From assembly GCA_041622995.1 (NCBI GenBank), contig JBFJXR010000001.1, positions 10,933 to 74,932 of the forward strand: a stretch of 64,000 nucleotides of DNA, in the 5' to 3' direction. Shown here one piece after another: positions 30,785 through 41,006 of this stretch. The notes below the pieces were generated by a model. That model had not been told where the DNA came from and did not search any database. It saw nothing but the letters and a program-made list of their open reading frames with translations. Numbering within the stretch: position 1 is the stretch's first letter; each line of letters begins with the position of its first letter. Source of the DNA: Nevskiales bacterium. GTDB taxonomy: Bacteria; Pseudomonadota; Gammaproteobacteria; Nevskiales; CAJXLF01. Made by a program: the position numbers and the translations under genes.

Positions 30785-32137
30785 ATGAAAGACATATCCA
30801 CGCGGCTTCCACAAGGACGTCCGACTTCACTCGTCCACTGCATATTTGCAACAATCCTTTACCTCGGGTTGTTCATACCGTTGCATGTTGCCGCTTCGCT
30901 AGATCACATCATTGCGGTGGTCGGCGATGACATTATTCTGGCCACTGAGCTGGAAAATGCAGAAAAGGAAATTTTGCGTCAACTCCGTGGCCAGGGAACA
31001 CCTCTCCCGCCCAAGGAAGACTTAAGAAAGCAGGTTCTCGAAAGGCTGATACTTTCCAGCTTGCAAACCCAGCGTGCGCGGCAATCCGGAATTCGGGTAA
31101 ATGATGAAGATATTAATAACGCGCTTGAGATGATTGCATCACGCAATAACCTCGATGCCGAGAGTTTTCGAAAAGCACTCGCCAATGAAGGCATCGACTA
31201 TAACTTTTACCGCCAACAATTAAGCGACGAACTCCTGATAAACCGCCTTAGACAGAAAGAGGTGGACAGCAGGGTGACTGTCACTGATCGTGACGTCGAT
31301 CTCTTCCTGCAGGCACAGGATAAGAACAGTGGTCTGCAATACAAATTACGGCAGATCCTCATTTCAGTGCCATCCGACAGTGACGCAGACACACGTCAGA
31401 TGGCACGCAGCAAAGCCGAGGCACTATCCGAAAGCTTAACCGGTGGTGCCAACTTTGTGGAATTGGCTCAACGTGAATCTGATGGTCAGCAGGCACTTGA
31501 AGGGGGCGACCTGGGCTGGATAGAAGGACACCTTCTCCCCACAATATTTGCCACTGTAGTACCCGAATTACAACCCGGTGAAATCAGTGAGATCATCAGC
31601 AGTGACAGTGGACTGCATATCGTCAAACTCGAAGAAGTACGCTCAGCCGGCAAGCGATCAATTGCCCGTGAGGTAAATGCACGACATATTCTGCTGCGGC
31701 CCAATGAGATACGCACTCCCGAACAAACCGAGGCATTAATCAGGGAAATCCATGCACAGTTACTACAAGGCGCCACATTCGAAACACTGGCCCGTGAGCA
31801 TTCTGATGACCCCGGCAGTGCAATTGAAGGGGGCAATCTGGGCTGGCAATCACCTGAAAACTTCGAACCCAAATTCAGTGCTGAAATCCAGGCACTGAAC
31901 AAGGATGAAATCAGCGCGCCCTTTCGCAGCACTTTTGGCTGGCATATAGCCCAGGTGCTTGATTGGCGCGAACGTGACACGACCAATCTGCAACGACGCT
32001 CAGCCGCACGCAACCTGCTAAGACAAAGAAGAACCGGTGAGGAATATGATCGCTGGCTGCGTCGATTACGTGGTGATGCCTATGTTGAATATCGCAACAA
32101 AGGTAATGACGATTTAAATCAGGATGATCCTGACTGA
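30785..32137 (+). CDS. surA: periplasmic chaperone/PPIase SurA
   Basis: I prefer the ATG at 30785 (MKDISTRL..). It has a SurA N-terminal domain plus two parvulin domains (..HILL.., ..GGDLGW.., ..GGNLGW..). Confidence 0.9.
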   Translation: MKDISTRLPQGRPTSLVHCIFATILYLGLFIPLHVAASLDHIIAVVGDDIILATELENAEKEILRQLRGQGTPLPPKEDLRKQVLERLILSSLQTQRARQSGIRVNDEDINNALEMIASRNNLDAESFRKALANEGIDYNFYRQQLSDELLINRLRQKEVDSRVTVTDRDVDLFLQAQDKNSGLQYKLRQILISVPSDSDADTRQMARSKAEALSESLTGGANFVELAQRESDGQQALEGGDLGWIEGHLLPTIFATVVPELQPGEISEIISSDSGLHIVKLEEVRSAGKRSIAREVNARHILLRPNEIRTPEQTEALIREIHAQLLQGATFETLAREHSDDPGSAIEGGNLGWQSPENFEPKFSAEIQALNKDEISAPFRSTFGWHIAQVLDWRERDTTNLQRRSAARNLLRQRRTGEEYDRWLRRLRGDAYVEYRNKGNDDLNQDDPD

Positions 32138-32146
32138 TCAACACAC

Positions 32147-33205
32147 ATGACATACAGGGAAAGCCCCACCGAAGGTCTCAACCTCCTCGTCACTCCCGGA
32201 GAGCCGGCTGGCATTGGCCCGGATGTGCTACTTCAATGGTTTGTAAATAGGAACCCACAATCCGGGACCCGGGTTATTGCGGTGGCTGACCCTGAATTAC
32301 TCAATGAGCGTGCCGCAGTTTTAGAACTCAGTGTTGAACTGGAGATTCTTGATCAACATAACCCGGGAACCCCTTCACCTGACAAGCTGGGTGTCATTCC
32401 CTGCCCACTGGCCACAGTCGTTGTCCCGGGCAGGCTTGACAATAAGAATGCAGCCTACGTTATCAACTGCCTAAGAATCGCAACAGACTTATGCCTGAGC
32501 CATAAAGCAGACGCACTCGTAACGGGACCCGTTCAAAAATCAGTTATTAATGATGCAGGCATGATATTCAGCGGCCACACGGAATATCTTGCAGAGCATT
32601 GCAGCCAGTTCATACAGGCTGACGAAACGATTGAACCCGTGATGATGCTTGCAACGCCCGGGCTTCGTGTTGCTCTGGTGACAACACACCTGCCCCTTCG
32701 TCAGGTAGCAGACAGCATAAGCGCCAGGAAAGTACGCTACTGCCTGGAAGTGCTGCACTCCGCATTGATCAATGACTTTGGTATACAGCAACCACGACTA
32801 CTCGTCGCCGGCCTAAACCCACACGCAGGTGAAAATGGCCACCTGGGTCATGAAGAACAGCAAATTATCGCCCCTGTCATCAATGAGTGCATGAAAGAAG
32901 GAATGCATATTAACGGACCACTTCCGGCGGACACTCTGTTTACCCCCAAATATCTGGCCCAGGCTGATGCCGTACTGGCTATGTATCATGACCAGGGATT
33001 ACCCGTGCTCAAACACATGGGGTTTAGTCAGGCCGTCAACATCACACTGGGACTTCCACTGGTGCGCACCTCAGTAGACCACGGTACTGCTCTGGATCTT
33101 GCAGCGACCGGCCATGCTGACCATGGCAGCCTGGCCTACGCAATAGAGGTAGCATCTGAACTGGCGTCAGCCCGGCGCAACAAACCAATTGTGGCAATAC
33201 AATGA
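32147..33205 (+). CDS. pdxA: 4-hydroxythreonine-4-phosphate dehydrogenase
   Basis: 352 aa with the PdxA blocks GEPAGIGPD, GLNPHAGENGHLG and TSVDHGTA. Confidence 0.95.
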   Translation: MTYRESPTEGLNLLVTPGEPAGIGPDVLLQWFVNRNPQSGTRVIAVADPELLNERAAVLELSVELEILDQHNPGTPSPDKLGVIPCPLATVVVPGRLDNKNAAYVINCLRIATDLCLSHKADALVTGPVQKSVINDAGMIFSGHTEYLAEHCSQFIQADETIEPVMMLATPGLRVALVTTHLPLRQVADSISARKVRYCLEVLHSALINDFGIQQPRLLVAGLNPHAGENGHLGHEEQQIIAPVINECMKEGMHINGPLPADTLFTPKYLAQADAVLAMYHDQGLPVLKHMGFSQAVNITLGLPLVRTSVDHGTALDLAATGHADHGSLAYAIEVASELASARRNKPIVAIQ

Positions 33206-33996
33206 CGCAGGAACATCGTGCGAGAAAACGCTTTGGGCAGAATTTTCTGCATGACCCAGTCATCATTAGCCGGATCATCAGTGCCATATTTCCACGATCG
33301 AATGAAAACATTGTCGAAATAGGGCCAGGTCTGGGAGCCTTAACCGCACCACTGCTGAAAAGCACAGGTCAGTTACAGGTTATAGAACTCGACCGGGATG
33401 TGATTCCTCATCTAAAGGCCAGCTGCGCCGGGTTGGGGGCACTCACTATCCATCAGAATGACGCACTTAAATTTGATTTCAGCACCCTTGCAGTCAATAC
33501 CAGCAAGTTACGTATTGTTGGCAACCTGCCCTACAATATATCCTCACCATTGTTGTTTCACCTGCTTGGTTATGCACATCTCATTCAGGATATGCATTTT
33601 ATGCTGCAGAAAGAAGTCGTTGATCGCATGGCTGCCCTACCCGGAGAAAAGCCATATGGTCGCTTATCGGCCAGTCTTGCTGCACATGTCCGCTGCGAAT
33701 ACCTATTCAAGGTAAAACCAGGAGCATTTAACCCTCCTCCCAAGGTAGATTCTGCCATTGTGCGTATTACGCCCTACACACCCGGCTTTAGTATCCTTGA
33801 TCGAAGCATGTACCAAAGCGTAATAGACACTGCGTTCAGCACCCGCCGCAAGACACTCTCCAACGCACTGAAACCACTATGCAATATTGATGACATACGC
33901 GCTGTAGATATCGATCCGGGCCTGCGTGCAGAACGAGTCGCTCCAGAAGAATTTGCTGCCCTGGCCAATCTCTTAACCAGGCGGCAGACGGTATAA
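33202..33996 (+). CDS. rsmA: 16S rRNA (adenine1518/1519-N6)-dimethyltransferase
   Basis: 264 aa with the GQNFL motif and a SAM-binding site (VEIGPGLGALT). Its start overlaps the pdxA stop. Confidence 0.95.
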   Translation: MTQEHRARKRFGQNFLHDPVIISRIISAIFPRSNENIVEIGPGLGALTAPLLKSTGQLQVIELDRDVIPHLKASCAGLGALTIHQNDALKFDFSTLAVNTSKLRIVGNLPYNISSPLLFHLLGYAHLIQDMHFMLQKEVVDRMAALPGEKPYGRLSASLAAHVRCEYLFKVKPGAFNPPPKVDSAIVRITPYTPGFSILDRSMYQSVIDTAFSTRRKTLSNALKPLCNIDDIRAVDIDPGLRAERVAPEEFAALANLLTRRQTV

Positions 33997-33999
33997 ATA

Positions 34000-34860
34000 G
34001 TGGCGAAGACTAAAATTCGGCATACCTATGTTATCGGAGACATTCAGGGCTGCTTTGACGAACTCACCCAGTTGCTCGAACTTGTTGAGTTTGATGCCAC
34101 ACTTGATCGGCTATGGCTCACAGGTGACCTTGTCAGTCGCGGGCCCAAATCGCTTGAGGTATTACGCTACGTAAAATCACTCGGTGAAGCCGCCATTACC
34201 GTGCTGGGCAACCATGACCTGCATCTCCTTGCAGCTGCAAGCGGCGTTAAGGCGCAGCGCCTTGATCAAAGCCTGCAGCCCATTATGCTGGCCGAAGACT
34301 GTAATGAATTATTAAGCTGGCTTCGTCAACGACCTTTGTTGCATCGTGAAATTCGCAGTTCATGGCCTCATGAATGGGTGATGGTGCATGCCGGCATGCC
34401 GCCACAGTGGTCAATCGAAAAGGCTGAGCTTCTGGCGCAAGAAGTGGAAAATGCACTACGCAGTGCCGAGTATCCTCTGTTTTTCGCGAACATGTACGGG
34501 AACACGCCAATGCAATGGTCTGACAAACTGCAAGGCCACGACAGGCTCAGATTCATTACGAACTGCCTGACCCGCCTTCGCTATTGCAGCCCAGACGGTC
34601 AGCTTTTACTCGAGGAAAAAGGTAACCCTGCTTCAAAACCTGATCACGCCATTCCCTGGTTCATGGCTCCGGAGCGGCAAAGCAAGAACGCCGGCATCTT
34701 GTTTGGGCACTGGTCAACTCTCGGCCAGGTAGTCTGGTCAAGGGATCGTGTCTATGGACTGGATGGCGGATGTCTATGGGGAGGACAACTTATCGCCTTG
34801 AGACTGGAAGACATGGCGCTTAATTATCTGGACTGCGAGGGCCACCGTAAACCTGGTTAA
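34000..34860 (+). CDS. apaH: bis(5'-nucleosyl)-tetraphosphatase (symmetrical)
   Basis: 286 aa with a GTG start. Metallophosphatase motifs are present: IGDIQGC, GDLVSRGP and GNHD. Confidence 0.9.
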   Translation: MAKTKIRHTYVIGDIQGCFDELTQLLELVEFDATLDRLWLTGDLVSRGPKSLEVLRYVKSLGEAAITVLGNHDLHLLAAASGVKAQRLDQSLQPIMLAEDCNELLSWLRQRPLLHREIRSSWPHEWVMVHAGMPPQWSIEKAELLAQEVENALRSAEYPLFFANMYGNTPMQWSDKLQGHDRLRFITNCLTRLRYCSPDGQLLLEEKGNPASKPDHAIPWFMAPERQSKNAGILFGHWSTLGQVVWSRDRVYGLDGGCLWGGQLIALRLEDMALNYLDCEGHRKPG

Positions 34861-34901
34861 CAATTAAAGGCTTTTCCGATCAGCCGAACTTAAAGTCAAA
34901 T

Positions 34902-34932
34902 AAAAAAGGCCCCGCTAGCGGGGCCTTTCGTT
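34902..34932. terminator. bidirectional rho-independent terminator (apaH / RND gene)
   Basis: The sequence is aaaaaa-ggccccgc-ta-gcggggcc-tttcgttt, sitting between convergent genes. Confidence 0.8.
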
Positions 34933-34944
34933 TAACTGGAAGAA

Positions 34945-37338
34945 CTAATGCGCAGTCGATTGGGACTCGTCAATCTCATGCAACTCTTTTTTCTCGTCAG
35001 GTACTTCGTAGTTCATCAGGAAGTAGGCAAGTGCCGGAATTACCAGAAGTGCACCAAACATGTTTGCAGTAAACATGAAGACCAGCATGATACCCATATC
35101 AGCCTGGAACTTGAGGTCAGACCATAACCATGTCGCCACAGAACCGCCCAACGCTACACCTGTGAATAACACAGCCTTACCTGTCTTGCGCAATGTACGG
35201 TACATGGAATCTTCCAGTGAAAGATGGAAATCCTTATAGCCCTCGCGCAATGTCGCGTAGATATAGATTCCGTAGTCGACACCAATACCCACAGCCAGCG
35301 CGACAACAGGCAGGGTTGCCACCTTCATGCCGATATCCAGCGAGGCCATAACGGCATAAGCCATTTGTGACACCAGGGACAAAGGCAGCACCACACAGAG
35401 CAAACCTGAGATCGAACGCCAGGATAACCAAAGGAAAAGGATAATCACGGCATAGACGTAGTAAAGAATCTGCTTCTCTTTCTCTTCAACCACTTCGTTG
35501 GTTGCCGCCATCACGCCGACATTACCTGAAGCCAGAGAGAATTTGACGTCGGTACCTTCATTGTCAGCGTCAAACTTCTTAACTGCATTGACAATATGGT
35601 GAATGGTCTCGGCCTTATGATCTTCGGTAAAGATCAATATTGCCATTGCAGAACAGTTCGGATTCAAAAGACCACTGGAAGTCGGTACAGGAGTAATGGC
35701 CTGGGATAATACATATCGGTTACGTGGCACCATCTTAAACTTCAGATTGCCTTCATTGAAACCCGAGTTCACCTGCTTGCCGATTTGCACCAGTGAAATG
35801 ACCGACTGTACGCCTGCCGTATTTTCCATATGCCAGGTAAAGCGATCTATTTCTTCCATGACCGGATAATCAATACAGGCCTCAGGCTTGGTTTCAGCAA
35901 TCACCTTGAGAATGTCCGTCCCAATGGCAAAGTTATCCGTGACTGCAATTGAATCCTGGTTATATCGTGAGTCTTCCCACAGCTCAGGTACACCACGCTG
36001 GGCATCACCCACCTGCAAATCTTCAGCCTTGTAGAAAGACCAGCCCAGCAACAGGCCACAGACAATCAACGTAATCGTTGCCGGCATGGGATTTGTGATT
36101 TTGGCCATCACCTTGAACAGGCCATCGCCCATTTCTTCACGCTTGATCTGTTTCTTGCGGAAGCCTTCCAGATCCTTGATGTTGATATAGGTCAACCAGA
36201 TCGGGCAAAGAATCTTGTTTGTCACAATAATGGCCGCCATACCAAAGGCAGCGTTCAAGGCCATTTCCCGAATGATGTCAATCTCAATCAGGTAGATAGT
36301 CAGGAAGCCGGCAACGTCAGTCACCAGCGCGGTAGTACCAGGTATAGCCAGCCTTCGGAATGTCTTCAAGGAGGCCTGGTACGGTTCCTCACCATCATCT
36401 ATTTCGGCAACCCAGGCATTGGCATACTGTACGCCATGACTGGTACTGACGGATAAAATCAGGAAGGGCACAAGTATCGCAAAGGGATCGAGTCCGAAGC
36501 CCGCCATGGTAAGCAAACCGAATTCCCAAACCACGGCCACCATGGAGCAAACCAGCACTACCACAGACAATTTGAACGAGGCGGTATAGAGCCAAAGCAA
36601 TACAATTGTCATGCCCAGCGCAATAACAAAGAACATGGCGACTTCAGCAGCTGCATCCGTCACATCGCCAATAACCTTGGCGAAGCCAATGATATGAACA
36701 GTAATGCCGTCCTTCTCGAACTGACCACGCAGTTTGTCTTCGAGTTCCTTGGCGACCTTACGATAGTCGAGCTTCTCGCCTGTGACCGGATCAAACTCCA
36801 GCAATTCGGCCTGAATCATGGCACCACGTTCGTCCTCGGTGACCAGACGGCCAATAATGCCAGCCTTACCGACATTTGATTTCACCAGCTTGAACATATC
36901 CGGACGTGGCGCGTACTCAGCCGGAATCACATTGCCACCCGAGAAACCTCCTTCAACCACCTCGATATATCGCACATTCGGGGTGAATATAGATGTCACC
37001 TTGGAACGGTCAATACCCGGCAGGAAGAAAACCTCATCTGTCGCATTCTTAAGTGTTTCGAGGAATTTCTCATTATAAATATCACCGTCTTCATTTAATA
37101 AGGCGACGAGTACTGTATTACCGCCTCCAAAATCTGACTGATATTTTTTAAGTATTTCCATGTAGGGGTGATTAAGCGGAATCGATTTCTCGAACCCGGC
37201 ATCTACATGAGTTTTAGATGCTTCCCAACCCAGATAGCTGGTCAACACGATTAAAACGGCCAACATAAGCATGCGCTTGCCGTAAACAATCGGCTCAACG
37301 AATGCGAGGATATTATCTTGTGAAAATGGATTCTTCAT
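34945..37338 (-). CDS. RND-superfamily exporter (COG1033/MMPL-HpnN-like, 12 TM)
   Basis: 797 aa with two repeats, each a TM helix plus a large periplasmic loop plus a 5-TM bundle. I see no AcrB-like signature. It lies in an operon with the BNR-propeller and DUF1302-like genes. Confidence 0.8.
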   Translation of the reverse strand: MKNPFSQDNILAFVEPIVYGKRMLMLAVLIVLTSYLGWEASKTHVDAGFEKSIPLNHPYMEILKKYQSDFGGGNTVLVALLNEDGDIYNEKFLETLKNATDEVFFLPGIDRSKVTSIFTPNVRYIEVVEGGFSGGNVIPAEYAPRPDMFKLVKSNVGKAGIIGRLVTEDERGAMIQAELLEFDPVTGEKLDYRKVAKELEDKLRGQFEKDGITVHIIGFAKVIGDVTDAAAEVAMFFVIALGMTIVLLWLYTASFKLSVVVLVCSMVAVVWEFGLLTMAGFGLDPFAILVPFLILSVSTSHGVQYANAWVAEIDDGEEPYQASLKTFRRLAIPGTTALVTDVAGFLTIYLIEIDIIREMALNAAFGMAAIIVTNKILCPIWLTYINIKDLEGFRKKQIKREEMGDGLFKVMAKITNPMPATITLIVCGLLLGWSFYKAEDLQVGDAQRGVPELWEDSRYNQDSIAVTDNFAIGTDILKVIAETKPEACIDYPVMEEIDRFTWHMENTAGVQSVISLVQIGKQVNSGFNEGNLKFKMVPRNRYVLSQAITPVPTSSGLLNPNCSAMAILIFTEDHKAETIHHIVNAVKKFDADNEGTDVKFSLASGNVGVMAATNEVVEEKEKQILYYVYAVIILFLWLSWRSISGLLCVVLPLSLVSQMAYAVMASLDIGMKVATLPVVALAVGIGVDYGIYIYATLREGYKDFHLSLEDSMYRTLRKTGKAVLFTGVALGGSVATWLWSDLKFQADMGIMLVFMFTANMFGALLVIPALAYFLMNYEVPDEKKELHEIDESQSTAH

Positions 37339-37368
37339 TACGCAGTCTCCCAGGTGTTATCCGCGCTA

Positions 37369-38343
37369 CTAGCGCTTGAAGATGTAAGTGCCACCCTCGC
37401 CGGAAACCAGCAAGGTGTTGCCCTCTCGCATCGGGATAACCCCCGATAGTCCCATTGCTTCAGGGTTTGTTAGCAGAGTTGCAGAGTTAGTAGGTGAAAC
37501 CATCAACATAACGCCATTCACACCCACAATTGCGACACCACCATCAGGAAGTAATGCGCCTCCCAGAAAGCTCTGCACGGTGTTACTGGTCAAACGCTGC
37601 CAGGTATCTGCTGTAGCCGCTGAAACATCATCGGTCACAAATACATTGCCGCGCAAACCAAACATTACAGCGCCTTTTTCACCCCTGGCAACCACGTCAA
37701 AGTAGCTACCCTCGTAAGGTGATTCCATGGCTTCCCATGTCTCGCCCTCATCAAGGGAACGTGCGAGGGTGCCGGCTTCGCCGACCAGCAGCAGCATGCC
37801 GTCCTGAAGACGGGTCATGCCACTGAAATGCAGCTCTTCTTCCGTGATGGGATCATCGTGCTGCTCCCAGGTATTGCCCCCGTCAAATGTCCGCAGAAGC
37901 AAGCCATAAGCGCCTACTGCAAAACCTCGTTCTGTATCCAGAAAGAAAATATCAAGAATTGGCTTCTGTAATTCCGGGTCCCAGTTTTGCAACGTCCAGC
38001 TTTTGCCGCCATCCTTGGTATTGACAATCACTGCATCGTGACCAGCTGCCCAGCCGTTGTTGCCATCAGCAAAAGTTACGGAATTGAGCATTGCCCTGAC
38101 TGGCACGTCAACCTGAGACCAATCTTTAGCATTCTCTGATAACAATATGTGTCCGCGTTCACCCACGGCAACGTAATGCGTACCCGTATCCGCCAAATCC
38201 AAAAGAATGGATTTTGATGCCAACGGCATATGCTCGGCAGGCAGAGGATCTTCTGCCATGGCATTGAATGCCCAGCCTGCTGCAGTTGCAGCAAGCACTG
38301 CTCCCATAAGGTGTTTTTTCACACCTGTAATTCTCTTTTGCAT
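37369..38343 (-). CDS. secreted BNR/Asp-box beta-propeller protein (Ycf48-like)
   Basis: The ATG at 38343 gives a signal peptide (..AFNAMA/ED). Asp-box repeats are present: TKDGGKSW, TFDGGNTW and SLDEGETW. Confidence 0.7.
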   Translation of the reverse strand: MQKRITGVKKHLMGAVLAATAAGWAFNAMAEDPLPAEHMPLASKSILLDLADTGTHYVAVGERGHILLSENAKDWSQVDVPVRAMLNSVTFADGNNGWAAGHDAVIVNTKDGGKSWTLQNWDPELQKPILDIFFLDTERGFAVGAYGLLLRTFDGGNTWEQHDDPITEEELHFSGMTRLQDGMLLLVGEAGTLARSLDEGETWEAMESPYEGSYFDVVARGEKGAVMFGLRGNVFVTDDVSAATADTWQRLTSNTVQSFLGGALLPDGGVAIVGVNGVMLMVSPTNSATLLTNPEAMGLSGVIPMREGNTLLVSGEGGTYIFKR

Positions 38344-38386
38344 TTTCCAATCACCCAAGTTGCAGATGTGACTTACAGAAATCTTT

Positions 38387-40690
38387 TTAGAACTGATATC
38401 CCACATAAACGGAAATAAAGTCGCGATCATTTTGCTGATGCCCTATACCGCCACCACTGTAGTCGGTAAAGCGTATCTCACCATTCCATTCGCTCAAATA
38501 ATCAAAGCGCAAACCCAACAATGAAGTCACACGGCCTTCAATAAAGTTGCCACCAGGGCCTGGAGAAATACCACTCACATCACCGAATATACCAATCAAT
38601 GGTTCAACGTTGATCCCGAGGAATGCATCCTGATAACGAATCAGGCTGACAAAGCGATAGCCATAGGACCATTCAGTAGCAAAAGCGCTGGCATCTTGCT
38701 GAGTGGGATTTTGACGGCAGATATCAAAATTATCAGAACAACCGGTATTCGCCTGACCATCACCACTGGAGTTGGTCAAATCAGCCGAATCCCGTGGAGA
38801 GACTGTACCGTCAGCACCATTACTGAAATGGGTCGTAGCGCCATCTCCATTGAACTGCAGTTCTGTAACATCAGGGAAATCATCGACAAACGTAGCGCCC
38901 AGTTCCATCAGGACAATAATCTGATCAGCACCGAGGAAGTTATCACCACCAATCGTCCTGAGGAAAGTTGTTTCCAGGTTGTAGGTTGGCATTAATTCAT
39001 AACCCGGAATATATTCGCCGCCCTGTATACTTCCGGGCACTTTTCCACGATATCCAGTTACATAGTCCGGTACCGCCAAGCGCCGGTTAGGCAAGTTACC
39101 CACGCCTGGAATTGCTATTGAATTATTCGGGAAAGCGGGATTGACCGATGCATAGAAGAGATCGGTTGTATGAATCTGAAGTGGCGTTTCAGGTCGATGA
39201 GCAACCTCACCGGACCATGCCCAGTCACCCAGCAGGGTATTAAAGCTGAAGCCATACATATCCAGATCTTCTGGATACTCGAGGAATACCTGAGCGGTAT
39301 TAACCGGCAATGGTTCATTCGCCAGCCCTATGCGTAGATTCGCATCGGCGGCAGCCTGTAATTCTGGAGGTATAGGCAAACCCTGCTGTGCCATCAACAA
39401 AGTCACACTACCTGCACCAAGGCGGCCAATCGGCCCACCCAGTCCACAATCATTTAAGGCACCTACAACAGAGTTTGTGTCATCACCTATACAGGTGCTT
39501 TGAGCAGCATTAAAGCTGGCTATGGGGAACCTTGAATGATAACGCTGATAATACAGGCCGAATTCAGTACCGCCATTCAGGTCGGTCGCGAAATATTTAA
39601 ACGCCAATCCATACTCACCGCCATCGTCCGGGGTCTTGGGCGCAGTAACAAAAGCAGTACGACTGGCACTGGAGATAAGCCCGATCGGATCATCATTGTT
39701 GGTTGATGGATCATAATCACCAAAGGGATCTTCTGGCGCTTTACCAAAGCTGAGCATGGCATAAGTACCGCCACCGGCAATATCACTGGTAGACCAGAAG
39801 CTGCCAGCCTGATCAGGTACCACAGGCACCCATTCATACTGATAAAACGCTTCCATGGAAATTGCATCGGAAATATCTGCAGAGATCGCGAACATACCGG
39901 CAGGAATAAACAATTCCTTCACATCAAAACCAGGCATACGCAGACGAGTCACGTCCAGTGTATTGACATTATTTACACTGCCCGGGATGAGAAAGGCACT
40001 CTCACCCCAGTTAATCACCTGCTGTCCAACGCGGATAGACACGTAGCGGTCAAAAACATCGAACCCGTAGGTGAGATAAGCATCCAGAATATCGAAATCA
40101 GTACCGATATTGTCGTTGATAGCATCAGAACGACGCGTAACGCGTGGCTGTAACGTGGTATCCGGATGATACTCATCAAAATCATTGTTGGTTTCATCGA
40201 AGAAATAAATGCCACGAAGAAACACACCCACTGGACCGACACTGAAACTCAAATCGCCGGTCCATTTCGCCGCACCCGACACCATATCCTTCTTATCGTA
40301 GTTCAGATTGCCGTTATCACTATTGGGAGAAAATGACCCGGGCTCATTGACATAGGCCTGATTAAAGGAGCCATCGGTAGTGACGTTACAGGTTCGCCCA
40401 ATATTTCCGGGCTCAGGCATACCAGTATGCCCCTCTTTATTGCCCAGGCTGCCATCAGAACGCCTGGCAGTACACAGTCCGGGCTGCAGATTGCTCTTGC
40501 CAATCAAATCGGGATTGCGTTCTTCCATTCGCCAGGCCGCGCCCAGCGTAATGCTGTTATCCAGCGACCCACTGACACCAAATAATTCAAAATCAAAAGA
40601 TAAAGCCGAACCTGACCAGGTTGCGACCATAATTCCAGCAGTAATTACTACGCGATTACGTAGCTTACGCAGCACATTATGCGACGTCAT
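38387..40690 (-). CDS. outer-membrane beta-barrel protein, DUF1302-like
   Basis: The ATG at 40690 gives a signal peptide (..SGSALS/FD). IRVGQQVINWGESAF resembles the DUF1302 hallmark (RLGRQxVxWGES). The C-terminal beta-signal is ..SVYVGYQF. Confidence 0.65.
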   Translation of the reverse strand: MTSHNVLRKLRNRVVITAGIMVATWSGSALSFDFELFGVSGSLDNSITLGAAWRMEERNPDLIGKSNLQPGLCTARRSDGSLGNKEGHTGMPEPGNIGRTCNVTTDGSFNQAYVNEPGSFSPNSDNGNLNYDKKDMVSGAAKWTGDLSFSVGPVGVFLRGIYFFDETNNDFDEYHPDTTLQPRVTRRSDAINDNIGTDFDILDAYLTYGFDVFDRYVSIRVGQQVINWGESAFLIPGSVNNVNTLDVTRLRMPGFDVKELFIPAGMFAISADISDAISMEAFYQYEWVPVVPDQAGSFWSTSDIAGGGTYAMLSFGKAPEDPFGDYDPSTNNDDPIGLISSASRTAFVTAPKTPDDGGEYGLAFKYFATDLNGGTEFGLYYQRYHSRFPIASFNAAQSTCIGDDTNSVVGALNDCGLGGPIGRLGAGSVTLLMAQQGLPIPPELQAAADANLRIGLANEPLPVNTAQVFLEYPEDLDMYGFSFNTLLGDWAWSGEVAHRPETPLQIHTTDLFYASVNPAFPNNSIAIPGVGNLPNRRLAVPDYVTGYRGKVPGSIQGGEYIPGYELMPTYNLETTFLRTIGGDNFLGADQIIVLMELGATFVDDFPDVTELQFNGDGATTHFSNGADGTVSPRDSADLTNSSGDGQANTGCSDNFDICRQNPTQQDASAFATEWSYGYRFVSLIRYQDAFLGINVEPLIGIFGDVSGISPGPGGNFIEGRVTSLLGLRFDYLSEWNGEIRFTDYSGGGIGHQQNDRDFISVYVGYQF

Positions 40691-41006
40691 ATTAAACCCC
40701 TCTCTCCTGCACGCAGAACCCATTCTCCCTAATCCCCTTCCAATTGCCATAGACGGCAAACCGGATTTTGTGAAGGAGCATAACGACCCTAATGAAAAAC
40801 ATTAAGAGCCTGACTACAGGTCGCTCCTCACACCAGAACAACTTTCGTTATCCAATAATACATTTATTCAGTATTTTTTATATCAGAAAAACCGATATCT
40901 AGATCAGCCTTCTTGAATCTATCTGGGAATTTGTACCAAACCCACTGTCCACACGCAAGAAAATACGATTAATCTGCTTTGGACAAGCTACCGAAAATGA
41001 ACTTAA

